Shown: positions 1 through 9,503 of the stretch, in pieces
Numbering within the stretch: the stretch's first letter is position 1
How the letters are laid out: each line of letters begins with the position of its first letter
Source of the DNA: Candidatus Latescibacterota bacterium
GTDB taxonomy: Bacteria; Latescibacterota; UBA2968; UBA8231
NCBI GenBank assembly: GCA_965197905.1
Contig: CBDAOB010000004.1
Coordinates: 32,001-96,000, forward strand
DNA: 64,000 nucleotides
Direction of reading: 5' to 3'
Made by a program: the position numbers and the translations under genes
The notes under the pieces: model-generated
The model's database searches: none
What the model was told of the DNA's origin: nothing
The model's input: only the letters and a program-made list of their open reading frames with translations

Positions 1-1341
<1,341 letters not shown>

Positions 1342-1546
1342 GGTCTCTCCTCGTTTGTTGGCTGCGCCTTTCCACGGCGGTGATTTGACATCCGTCTCAA
1401 TTCTTTCGTTGGGTCTCACGCTGGGGCCAAGCCCCGGGCATAGCGGTTTTCTTTGTTGACGGGTCTATGGTTGATCGCCCGTCGGTAGCGTAGGACGGCT
1501 TGCCGTCCAGGACTTCACGAAGTAGGTAGCGCTGAAAACAGGTGAC

Positions 1547-1636
1547 ACGATATAATTTTATCGTTATATTTTAAACAATATCTACTTTATCTACTTTATC
1601 TACTTTCAACTACCATCCAAAAGATAATACGATATA
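1547..1636. promoter_or_regulatory. AT-rich divergent promoter region between the cas operon and the mini-array; contains the PAM and seed target of spacer 1
   Basis: Sharp AT-rich patch with the palindrome ACGATA-N6-TATCGT (1547-1564). The minus strand carries TTGAAA, TAAAAT and TTG-GATGGTAGTTG (1620-1607). Confidence 0.7.
1579..1605. repeat. 9-bp tandem repeat TATCTACTT x3
   Basis: Three perfect copies at 1579, 1588 and 1597. Confidence 0.95.
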
Positions 1637-1637
1637 T

Positions 1638-1818
1638 GTTTCCGATGCACAACACCTTTTCTCGGACCTCGTTGAAGCGATGGCAGTTGTCGTTTCCCGC
1701 ACGTAGTATGTGCATACTTTCCGGGGCCTCGTTGCCCCGGCCTCATTGAAGGCTGGGAGAAGACGCCGCCAAGGCAGTCACCCCGGCCCTCTTCCACGGG
1801 GCAGACATCCAGCGAAGC
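1638..1818 (+). CRISPR. Degenerate type I-G CRISPR mini-array (crRNA-like regulatory RNA candidate)
   Basis: Canonical-looking 36-nt repeat CTTTCCGGGGCCTCGTTGCCCCGGCCTCATTGAAGG (1717-1752) with a CCGGGGC/GCCCCGG stem. Divergent repeat GTTTCCGA...TCGGACCTCGTTGAAGC (1638-1678). 38-nt spacer at 1679-1716. Possible third remnant repeat CTTCCACGGGGC...GAAGC (about 1791-1818). Confidence 0.8.
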
Positions 1819-1829
1819 AGAGCCTAAAG

Positions 1830-2472
1830 GCGCCGCCCGCCCGTCGATTGGATACGGCCCACGGTGGCCCCCGTCCGCGCTCATTTCGTATCACGAGCTA
1901 CCATTCTATACCACACCATCACACCACCGCTCCACCGCACCGCAACTCCGCCAGCTTGTACCGCTGTCCAGCCGAGGGCCTGGCGCGCTCCGCCAGCTTG
2001 TACCGCCGTCCTGTTATCGTTACTGATTCCTTGCACAACCTCGTGGACAAAACCCTGATTCGCCATAACCACCGCGTCCCGCGCGGCAGAATCCCCTGAC
2101 TTGATCCTTTGAAAATGATCAACCTCTTCCTCCCCCGTCAGAGGAGTGGCCTGTTCCATAGTTGAACCCCCCGTTGGGATGGGCGAAAGCACTACCAAGT
2201 CGACAACTACCCCCATTACCCGACCTGAAAATCACAGAAACCCAAAGTAACTATAGACTTACCCCTAGTCGACAACCACATGCTGATTTTTTGGCGGATA
2301 TTACCTACAACCCACTGTGGGGCCCGGCGCTGACGCGCCGCCCGCCCGGCGCTTGGATGCGGCCCACGGTGGCGCCCGTCGACGCGCACTGCGTATCCCA
2401 CGCTACCATTATATACCGCGCTCCGCCAGCTGGCACCGCTGTCCAGCCGAGGGCCAGCTTGTGTCGGTGTCC
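1830..2472. repeat. Imperfect direct repeat, two copies (about 1830-2011 and 2335-2472), with four internal CCAGCTTGTACCGCTGTCC-like units
   Basis: The block GCGCCGCCCGCCCG...CGGCCCACGGTGGC...GCTACCATT(C/A)TATACC occurs twice. Each copy is followed by CTCCGCCAGCT.G.ACCGCTGTCCAGCCGAGGGCC. Confidence 0.85.
2012..2159 (-). pseudogene. N-terminal fragment of a sigma-70 family factor (region 1.2/2.1)
   Basis: PLTGEEEVDHFQRIKSGDSAARDAVVMANQGFV resembles the LTxEEExxLxxRxxxGDxxARxxLxxxNLxLV pattern. The similarity stops at the repeat. Confidence 0.6.
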
Positions 2473-2796
2473 AACGGCCCCCGCGGGGCCCTCGATAATC
2501 GGGTTCAGACTAACGATAATGCCCCTTATCGTTGGTATGAACCTGCCAAACCGCCATCGCGCCACAGGTGGTAGGGCGCGGCGAGAGCGGCAGAAATCGC
2601 GCGCGCGAACGCCTTCATGCCCCCGTGTCGCCCCTGAAAAAACCTTGACACCGCATCATCACACCACGCATGCCGGAGGCCGCCATGACATCCGCCCCGA
2701 GCCCCAGCCCAACAGCGGCATCTGTTTTTTCACATGCCACGCGGGGAGCCGCGGCGCTCCCCCCCCTCCACACACGCTTCGAGGAGGAGGGCTGCG

Positions 2797-3069
2797 GTGA
2801 AGAATAGGATCTGCGCCTACGTCTATGAGTCTGGAGCGGAGTGTGGCCGCATCTCGCCCGCGGCTATTGCGAATTGCCACTACCAGCGCTGGTTGCGCGG
2901 TTCAAGCATGGAGGCCGCCATAGAGGCGTACGTCCACCACACCGGGTGTTTATATTGCGCCAGGAAGCACCACGCCAACGGCCTCTGCAAGATCCATTAC
3001 ACCCGCGCACGGAGAGGCGGAAAAAATATGGACCGCCCTATCCAGAGAAGGCGAAGGACGAAGAAATGA
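2797..3069 (+). CDS. Small phage-type Cys/His zinc-binding protein
   Basis: GTG start behind GAGGAGG. Two C...CxxHYxR units (ANCHYQRWLRG; CLYC...GLCKIHYTRARRG), like the N-termini of phage HNH proteins. Confidence 0.55.
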   Translation: MKNRICAYVYESGAECGRISPAAIANCHYQRWLRGSSMEAAIEAYVHHTGCLYCARKHHANGLCKIHYTRARRGGKNMDRPIQRRRRTKK

Positions 3070-3269
3070 GCGGACCGCCCGATGCGCTCCAACGCCTGGC
3101 GGCCATCATCAACTTCTCCGGTGGCAGGTCGTCAGCGTTCATGCTCCACCACCTCCTCGAACACGACGACGGCCGCCTACAGGCGAAGCGCCCTTGGAGT
3201 CAAGCCACCTTGTGGCAGTCGGCCTTGGCAGCGATTTCTTGTAATCAAGCGAGAGAAGCCGCCGCATGA
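3066..3269 (+). pseudogene. Truncated phage PAPS-reductase-like (PP-loop) gene
   Basis: IINFSGGRSSAFMLHHLL PP-loop start, overlapping the previous stop (ATGA). Only 67 codons. Confidence 0.6.
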
Positions 3270-3462
3270 CAACCAGCGTGGCGGCTTTCCGCCACGCTGG
3301 CGGATGTTATCGACTCCGAGCGTCCGATAGATCGCCTTCCCCGGAAATCCGGCACGTCCACCCGCCGCCATTGACTAACGGCCACTCGCTCTCCACCGCC
3401 GATCTGCGCTCCACCAATGCCTTGACGAATCGAGACGCCGTGATCCGGGGCGCATCGAAGTA

Positions 3463-3946
3463 ATGACAGAATTGAGCCCGGATAAAGACGCCGCTATGGA
3501 GACAGACAAGCGCAATCCATTCCGCCCCCCAAAAGGGGGACGAGGAACGCGCAAGAACGCTGATATCGGCGCTGTGGAGCGTTCAGGGAAGGTTGTGGCC
3601 GAAGTCGCCGACGATCTCTCCGGCAAGGGGCGTACTCGCTTTTATCAAGCGCGCCATCGAACCTGACGTTTCGACGCTGGTCACGGACGAATACGGGGCC
3701 TACAACGTGGTGCGAAGAATCATGGATCACTGCGTGATTCAGCATTCTCAGCGCTATGTCGATGGCGAGCTCCACACCAACACGATAGAAGGCGTCTGGT
3801 CTCTGCTCAAGCGCGCCTGGTATGGCTCTCATCACCACTACACCAGGCGCTACACGCCGCTTTACGTGGCTGAAGCGTGCTAAAAGTACAACCACCGCAA
3901 GGACGATAACGCCTTCGGCTCGTTTATCAGGGAGTGCTTTGTATAG
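3463..3946 (+). pseudogene. IS1595-family DDE transposase remnant
   Basis: GRGT..IGAVERSGKV, LVTDEYGAY and HTNTIEGVWSLLKRAWYGSHH motifs. Frameshift near 3630, in-frame TAA at 3881, N-terminal Zn ribbon/HTH absent. Confidence 0.9.
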
Positions 3947-4090
3947 TGCCGCTGCGGTTTGGGGAAGTGCCTGAGATACTACGACTTGACCGCATGTCGC
4001 GCATGGCAGTGATTCTCATCTGCGCGTGCGCTAGCGGTGTGTGGGCGCCCCGAAAGCCATTGAGGACGCGCTTGTCCAAGGGCAGCCGGT

Positions 4091-4264
4091 TCACAATCTC
4101 CCGAGCATTCTCCTGTGCTTGCAAAAGATGCATAATTCTTGATACTTATGTGCCTGATCGTGCTCTTTGCCGCAGCCCGAGCACTTGAAGCCAAATTCAT
4201 TTCCTTCATAGTAGACAATTCGTTTGCCGAAAGGGTCCACGTGAATTATCTTTCGTCTTGGCAT
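4091..4264 (-). CDS. Small hypothetical protein with two CxxC motifs
   Basis: GGAG SD before the ATG; CSGC and CIFC in 57 aa. Confidence 0.4.
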   Translation of the reverse strand: MPRRKIIHVDPFGKRIVYYEGNEFGFKCSGCGKEHDQAHKYQELCIFCKHRRMLGRL

Positions 4265-4430
4265 GGGGTTCTCCATGTCTTTGGCCCTGAAAGCTGCTGT
4301 AACAGCTTCGGGCCGGGTTTGCCGTCAAAAAGGGACGGCGCCTGATATTGGTGAAAACAGGGGCGGTATTCACCGCATCCTCTCAGGAACTTTCTGGTCG
4401 TCTGCCTTTCCAGTTCCTGCCTGATTATGG

Positions 4431-4468
4431 AAAACGGGCCTGCGAGCTACAACTCGCGGCCCGTTTTT
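4431..4468. terminator. Bidirectional intrinsic terminator
   Basis: AAAACGGGCC-T-GCGAG-loop-CTCGC-GGCCCGTTTTT, downstream of the minus-strand peptidase gene. Confidence 0.65.
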
Positions 4469-4518
4469 CAATGTACGATCAAGGGCTGAAAATGGCTACA
4501 GCCTGAACCAACTCCCCC

Positions 4519-6251
4519 CTACCACCTGTCAGGCGGGCGAATGACCCGGCAGAAGGGCTGCTTGCTTGCGGCTGTCACCTTGGCGGCGGTGCGCGGCACG
4601 CTGTAGGGCTCGGCCTCACTCACGTCCACCTCGTAGCCCATATCGGCCATGGCCTGAATGGTGACCGAGGACATTGGCGAAACCTCATCGAACACTGAGG
4701 TCATGAGTTCTCCGTCCATGACGGACTCGCGCCAATGGCTGTCCCTGCCGTTGCCGCGATCGGGATCGTTTTCCAGCGGGACTCTATTTCCCCTATAGTA
4801 ATTGCCCCCGGAGAGACTGAAGGCGGTTACGGCCTTGATGCCGCTGAAGTAGCTGTCGGGGGCCGGAAGATGAGCCGGGTGATCCTCTGAGGGGCTGTGG
4901 AGAAGACCCCAATCCTCAAAGAGCCTGGGATGGTAATTCTGCCAATAATAATTGCGCGCCTCGATAGCCCCGCCGCGGCCCAAGGCGTCATCGTCGCGGA
5001 CCGGGCCGGCGACAAAGACCCGCACGTCGTCCACCACGTCGTCCACACGTATATCTCCATAGTGGGGGCGGTAATTGCTCCACTAGGCGTCCCACTCGCC
5101 AGTGAGATCCCTGGTGTCGAAGGGGGAATGGATGTAAGAGTAATCGGGAATGTCGCCGGTGATGACACGCTCCCAACGCTCTGCCGCCTGGCGGAAGAGG
5201 TCTTTCTGGTGTTCGGTGTAGGAGCTTTGGGGGACGAACAGCAGCTCGATGTTGAAGCTCGTTTCCGCGTCCCCTCCGAGCTCGACGGCGTACCTGTTCA
5301 GCTCATTGCCGTGTTCGTCTTCGAGGATGATGTCGACGGTCCCTTTCTGGGAGGCGAGCAGATATACGCTCCGGCTGTTGGAGGTCTCCCATTCATTGAT
5401 ATTGTCGTCGCATCCATAGAGGCTGGATCTGAATCCCCACACCTGAGTCTGGAGGGGTTGCCGGTGCGGACATTGACGCGGTCGCTGTAGCTGCCGGCAT
5501 ACGCCGCCGCCGTGGACACGCTCAAGGTGAACGGACGCCAGGTATCTCCGTCGGCAATGAAGGTTGTTTGCGTGGGATCGGGACTCAGAAAGGCTTGCAA
5601 CAGGGCATCTGCGGCGGCCATGGGCTCGCCGATGTGGTAGGTATTCGCTGGTTTCGGGTTCGTGTAGATCCAAGCGCCCAAGAGCGCCAGGTCGGTCCAG
5701 TCGATGATGCTGTCCGAGTTGATGTCCGCCAGCTCGAAATCGTATGAGCTGCCCAGGGCCGGCCAGCCGACGAGGTGGTAGAGCAGCAGCATCAGGTCCC
5801 AATGATTAACCTCGCCGGTGCCATTGATGTCGCCGCGCAGGTCGCCGCCGACGGCTTTCTTTTCGCTCGGCCCGTCAGGCGCCTCCATCCGGGAGGACTC
5901 CAAAGGGGGCGGCCTGGGCGCCGGCGACAGCACGTGGGTGGAAGATTGTGGGGTGAAGAGGAACGAGGTGTCGAGGTAGGTCTCGTGGGCGTCTCTCGCC
6001 AAAAGCCACCACGGAGCCTTGCCCGGGGCCACCTCGACTGAGAACCTGCCCTTTGCATCGGAGGTGGTTCGAGCTTCGAGGGTGAAGGATCCACGGTGCA
6101 AAAGAATGACGCTGGCAAAGGCCACGGGCTCGCCGTCTTTAGCCTGGATGCGCGCCTGGAAAGTGGGCGGACTGGCGGTGGTGGGTGGGGTGGTGTCCGG
6201 TTGACAGGACCAAATGACAAGCATTAGAATTACTGTTGAATAGAGGTACAT
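4519..6251 (-). pseudogene. Disrupted lipoprotein with dockerin-like repeats and a leishmanolysin-like (M8) peptidase domain
   Basis: Signal peptide ending WSC. GDINGTGEVNHWDL and ADINSDSIIDWTDL pair. FRQAAERWERVITGD, VPLEN, SHWRESVMDGELMT and TIQAMADMGY. One frameshift near 5430-5470 and an in-frame TAG at 5083-5085. Confidence 0.8.
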
Positions 6252-6472
6252 GCAGCCCCCCTTCTCTCTCTTTGCAGGGAATGGCAGGGGGCGAGGGCGG
6301 CGCGGGAGTTCACAGCTCCGGCGCCGCTTACATCACGCCCCAAGAAGTGGGAACAATGCGTTCATTCAGGGCGGCGAAGGCGCAGATTGTATGAGTAGCC
6401 AGCGCCCGGGCCAGAATTAAAAGAAGGCCGGGCGCTATCAACTCACGCAGATGTGTGCGGGAATCCCTGCGG

Positions 6473-6616
6473 ATGAGCGTCAAGCATCTTCACCGCTACA
6501 TCGAGGAATTTGCCGGCCGGCACAATGTCCGCGACAAGGACACCCTGCCACAGATGTCATTGCTGGCCGTTGGCCTGGTCGGGAAGCGCCTGAGATACGA
6601 CGACTTGACCGCATAG
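6473..6616 (+). pseudogene. C-terminal remnant of a second IS1595-family transposase
   Basis: Manual translation gives MSVKHLHRYIEEFAGRHNVRDKDTLPQMSLLAVGLVGKRLRYDDLTA*. Its last 33 or so nt recur at about 3962-3993. Confidence 0.8.
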
Positions 6617-6682
6617 GGACACTTACTGAATTTTTGTCAGCCCAACTCTCAGATCCCCAGTAGAAGGGAATAATTCGGTAAA

Positions 6683-7378
6683 ATGAGAATTGAACCCGAA
6701 ATCGCGGGTGTCACGGTTGTCATGTGTGGCCAGTTCAATCCTGCGATTTTTACACCTGCGTGGTTCGGATGGCATGGGCTTCTTTCCGAAAAGCTGGTCG
6801 ACAGCGCAGATCTGAAAATCAACCATCCTCAGATTGCAGAATTTAATGCGGATTGGCTCAATATGCACGTCGTTCTCGGCCGCTTTTTGATTGGCACGGA
6901 CCAGTCACCCGTTGTTCGCCTGCGGGACCTAGCTATCCGAATTTTTCGAGAGCATCTTCCCCATACACCCCTTAACGCCATGGGGATCAACCGAGAAGTA
7001 CGCCTTCCTATGGAGAGCATTAGCGAGCGAGATCGGCTCGGCAGGTTACTGGCGCCTGTCGAGCCATGGGGAGATTGGGGAAAGAAACTGGAACCGGATG
7101 GGAATCATGGCGGCATGACCTCCCTCACTATGAGCCAAGTAAATCCGGAAGGCAGACCGCCGGGCGGGCAAATAAACGTGCAGGTGGAACCATACACCCA
7201 GATCGACCAAGGCCGTCTCGGCGTTATCGTTCGGGTCAATGACCACTATACCAATGAGAATGTAGAGAGCCGGATGGGAACCAGCAAAATCGTCGAGCTG
7301 CTAGAGGAGAATTTTGACGAATCTCTGCGGCGTGCGGACGAAATCATCAATCACATTATGTCCTTAACGGAGAAATAA
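6683..7378 (+). CDS. Hypothetical protein, TIGR04255-like (GxFNPxIFxPxW N-terminus)
   Basis: 231-aa ORF with VVMCGQFNPAIFTPAWF and AMGINREV motifs; first gene of a tight three-gene cassette. Confidence 0.7.
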   Translation: MRIEPEIAGVTVVMCGQFNPAIFTPAWFGWHGLLSEKLVDSADLKINHPQIAEFNADWLNMHVVLGRFLIGTDQSPVVRLRDLAIRIFREHLPHTPLNAMGINREVRLPMESISERDRLGRLLAPVEPWGDWGKKLEPDGNHGGMTSLTMSQVNPEGRPPGGQINVQVEPYTQIDQGRLGVIVRVNDHYTNENVESRMGTSKIVELLEENFDESLRRADEIINHIMSLTEK

Positions 7379-7380
7379 GA

Positions 7381-7992
7381 ATGTCGGAAGTTGCATTCGT
7401 CACTACAGACATCAGACTTCAGGATTCATCAGGCGTCAACGAGAATTCGAGCGCATTTAGAAACCCTGACCAACGACTTTGGGAAGGATATGCGGACCGG
7501 GTCGCGGCTGCACTACAACAACGCCGAGACTCGGCAATGCTCGACACTGAGATCGTGGCGACTGCTATTGAGGATCTCCCGGCATCAACTGGGATCGGGT
7601 CCGATGTTGGCGCAATCATTGATTTACCTGACCCGACTAAAGTTTCGCGGACTGTGCCCCAGGCCAGTTTTCATCCGCTTCAGGAGTGGGAAGGGTATGT
7701 CATAGAAATGGGAAGAGACGACTTCACGGCGCGGCTGTTGGATTTAACCGCCGGTTCCTCGCAGGAAGAGGAAGAAGCCGTCTTTCCTTTGGCCGAAATT
7801 TCAGAAGACGATCTCAAACGCCTGCGCCTCGGCAGCATTTTTCGCTGGGTTATCGGCTACGAGCGTTCCGCGAGCGGAACTAAGCGGCGTGTCTCCCAGA
7901 TCGTTTTCCGCGACCTTCCTGTCGTGACCAAACAGGATATAGCCGAGGCCGAGGAACGGGCAAGGAAGACCGCTCAGTTATGGGCGGACTAA
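7381..7992 (+). CDS. Hypothetical protein with a small C-terminal beta-rich domain
   Basis: 203-aa ORF starting 2 nt after the previous stop; LQEWEGYVIEMGRDDFTARLLDLT...GSIFRWVIGY. Confidence 0.7.
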   Translation: MSEVAFVTTDIRLQDSSGVNENSSAFRNPDQRLWEGYADRVAAALQQRRDSAMLDTEIVATAIEDLPASTGIGSDVGAIIDLPDPTKVSRTVPQASFHPLQEWEGYVIEMGRDDFTARLLDLTAGSSQEEEEAVFPLAEISEDDLKRLRLGSIFRWVIGYERSASGTKRRVSQIVFRDLPVVTKQDIAEAEERARKTAQLWAD

Positions 7993-9065
7993 CTACCCGC
8001 GGAGTTCCGCCTAAACACAATGTGATGGAAGTGACCCTTGTCGGCCCTGGTTACGGAGAGTGCATACTCCTTCATATAGGGAACGGAGGTTGGGTAATTG
8101 TCGATTCCTGTCTTGATGCAGAGTCTCGCCCGGCAGCGTTGACTTACTTCCATGACATGGGATTGAATCCTTCTGAAGTCGTTCGCTTCATAGTTGCCAC
8201 TCACTGGCATGACGACCATATACGCGGCATGGGAGAGTTGGTCGAGGTCTGCAACGATGCGACTTTCTGTTGTGCAAGTGCCTTTCGTAAACAGGAATTC
8301 CTCGCGATTATGGACGCTATAGCAAGTCGTCCTATGTCCCAAGTTGGCTCTGGAATTCAGGAACTCTACAAGGTCCGGTCGCTCCTTGAGGAGAAGTCTG
8401 CCAAGCCTGTATTTGCCATAGCCAATCGTAGAATATTTAGGCGGGATAGTTGCGAGATCTGGTCCCTCTCGCCTTTCGACAAGGAAGTTGAGAGGTTCTT
8501 ACAGGAAATAGACTGCCTCCGGCCACAGGAACGCGAAACAAAAAGGCGTACTCCTACCTTGACCCCTAACAAGGTTGCGGTCGTTTTATTAATCAAGGTC
8601 GGCTATACGGCGATTCTCCTCGGTTCCGATCTTGAGGGGCGCGGCTGGTTGGAAATACTCGCTGCCCACGAACGGCCGAATTGCAAAGCCTCAGTTTTCA
8701 AGGTTCCACATCATGGTTCCCAAAATGCTCATGAGGATCGAGTATGGAGAGAGATGCTGCATAGTCAACCAATAGTGACACTAACTCCGTGGAAAAAAGG
8801 TGGACGGAGTTTGCCGACGGAGAGCGATGTAAGACGTATTTTCTCGTTTACCCGAAAGGCTTACGCGACTGCAGCGCTCGATATTTCCAGTCGCAAACCC
8901 GCTCGGAGCAGGAATAGAACAGTAGAGAAGACTATCCGGGAAACTAGCAAAAGGATCAGGCACGTAGCTCCGCCTCCCGGAATGATCCGTCTGCGCCGGC
9001 AGTTCGGTTCACAACCCGATTGGGATATTGAGACGTTTACACCGGCATGTCAATTGACGGATTAG
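7980..9065 (+). CDS. MBL-fold metallo-hydrolase (ComEC/Rec2-like nuclease domain)
   Basis: GPGYGECILL, VIVDSC, THWHDDHIRG (HxHxDH), LLGSDLE and KVPHHGS. Confidence 0.88.
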   Translation: MGGLTTRGVPPKHNVMEVTLVGPGYGECILLHIGNGGWVIVDSCLDAESRPAALTYFHDMGLNPSEVVRFIVATHWHDDHIRGMGELVEVCNDATFCCASAFRKQEFLAIMDAIASRPMSQVGSGIQELYKVRSLLEEKSAKPVFAIANRRIFRRDSCEIWSLSPFDKEVERFLQEIDCLRPQERETKRRTPTLTPNKVAVVLLIKVGYTAILLGSDLEGRGWLEILAAHERPNCKASVFKVPHHGSQNAHEDRVWREMLHSQPIVTLTPWKKGGRSLPTESDVRRIFSFTRKAYATAALDISSRKPARSRNRTVEKTIRETSKRIRHVAPPPGMIRLRRQFGSQPDWDIETFTPACQLTD

Positions 9066-9324
9066 CGAATGATCTACGTTCAAAATTGTCAGCAGAAAGG
9101 CTCCATTGTGGGAGGAACCAACCGGTCGGCGGAGAGGTCGCGCCCTTTCGTATCGTATGTGAGGGGGTCAGAACACTCTTCAGTCTATAACCGCGGGGCT
9201 AAGTTAGAGCAGATTCGGAACGTTCTGGCGGTCGAACTCCGTGATGCGCTCCTCAAAAATCTGCCGGATGCACAAAAAGACGTGTGGGGCGAATAGAGGG
9301 CCTGCTCGAAAAGGAGATGAGACA

Positions 9325-9489
9325 ATGAAGCAAGAGGAAAAGAGTACTCAACCGCCCAAAAGGGGACGTCCGCCAACGCGGATAATCAAGCTGGATGCCA
9401 CCCCGGAGGAAGTAGCCCGCGCCATCTTTGCCGGGGCCAAAAAGCCCGACCCCGCCAAGCGCAAGCAGCCTTCCCCGCAAACACCCTGA
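9325..9489 (+). CDS. Small basic protein with an AT-hook-like KRGRPP motif
   Basis: AAGGAG SD; 54 aa, MKQEEKSTQPPKRGRPPTRIIKLDATPEEVARAIF; lies next to a putative IS end. Confidence 0.55.
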   Translation: MKQEEKSTQPPKRGRPPTRIIKLDATPEEVARAIFAGAKKPDPAKRKQPSPQTP

Positions 9490-9503
9490 TTTTGATTCAG
9501 GGT

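Noticed and set aside
1342..1419. N-terminal extension of Csb1 given by the ORF track
   Set aside because: A strong SD sits directly before ATG 1341 and the extension has no family-like sequence.
1579..1605. TCTAC/GTAGAT similarity to Cas12a repeats
   Set aside because: The units are contiguous 9-mers with no spacers or hairpin, and the adjacent cas genes are type I-G.
1638..2472. A conventional multi-spacer CRISPR array
   Set aside because: Only one canonical repeat is present. The repeats at 1830-2472 are unrelated in sequence and irregularly spaced.
5083..5085. Programmed amber read-through (pyrrolysine or recoding) in the peptidase gene
   Set aside because: The same gene has a frameshift and lacks HExxH, and TAG is a normal stop in many core genes here.
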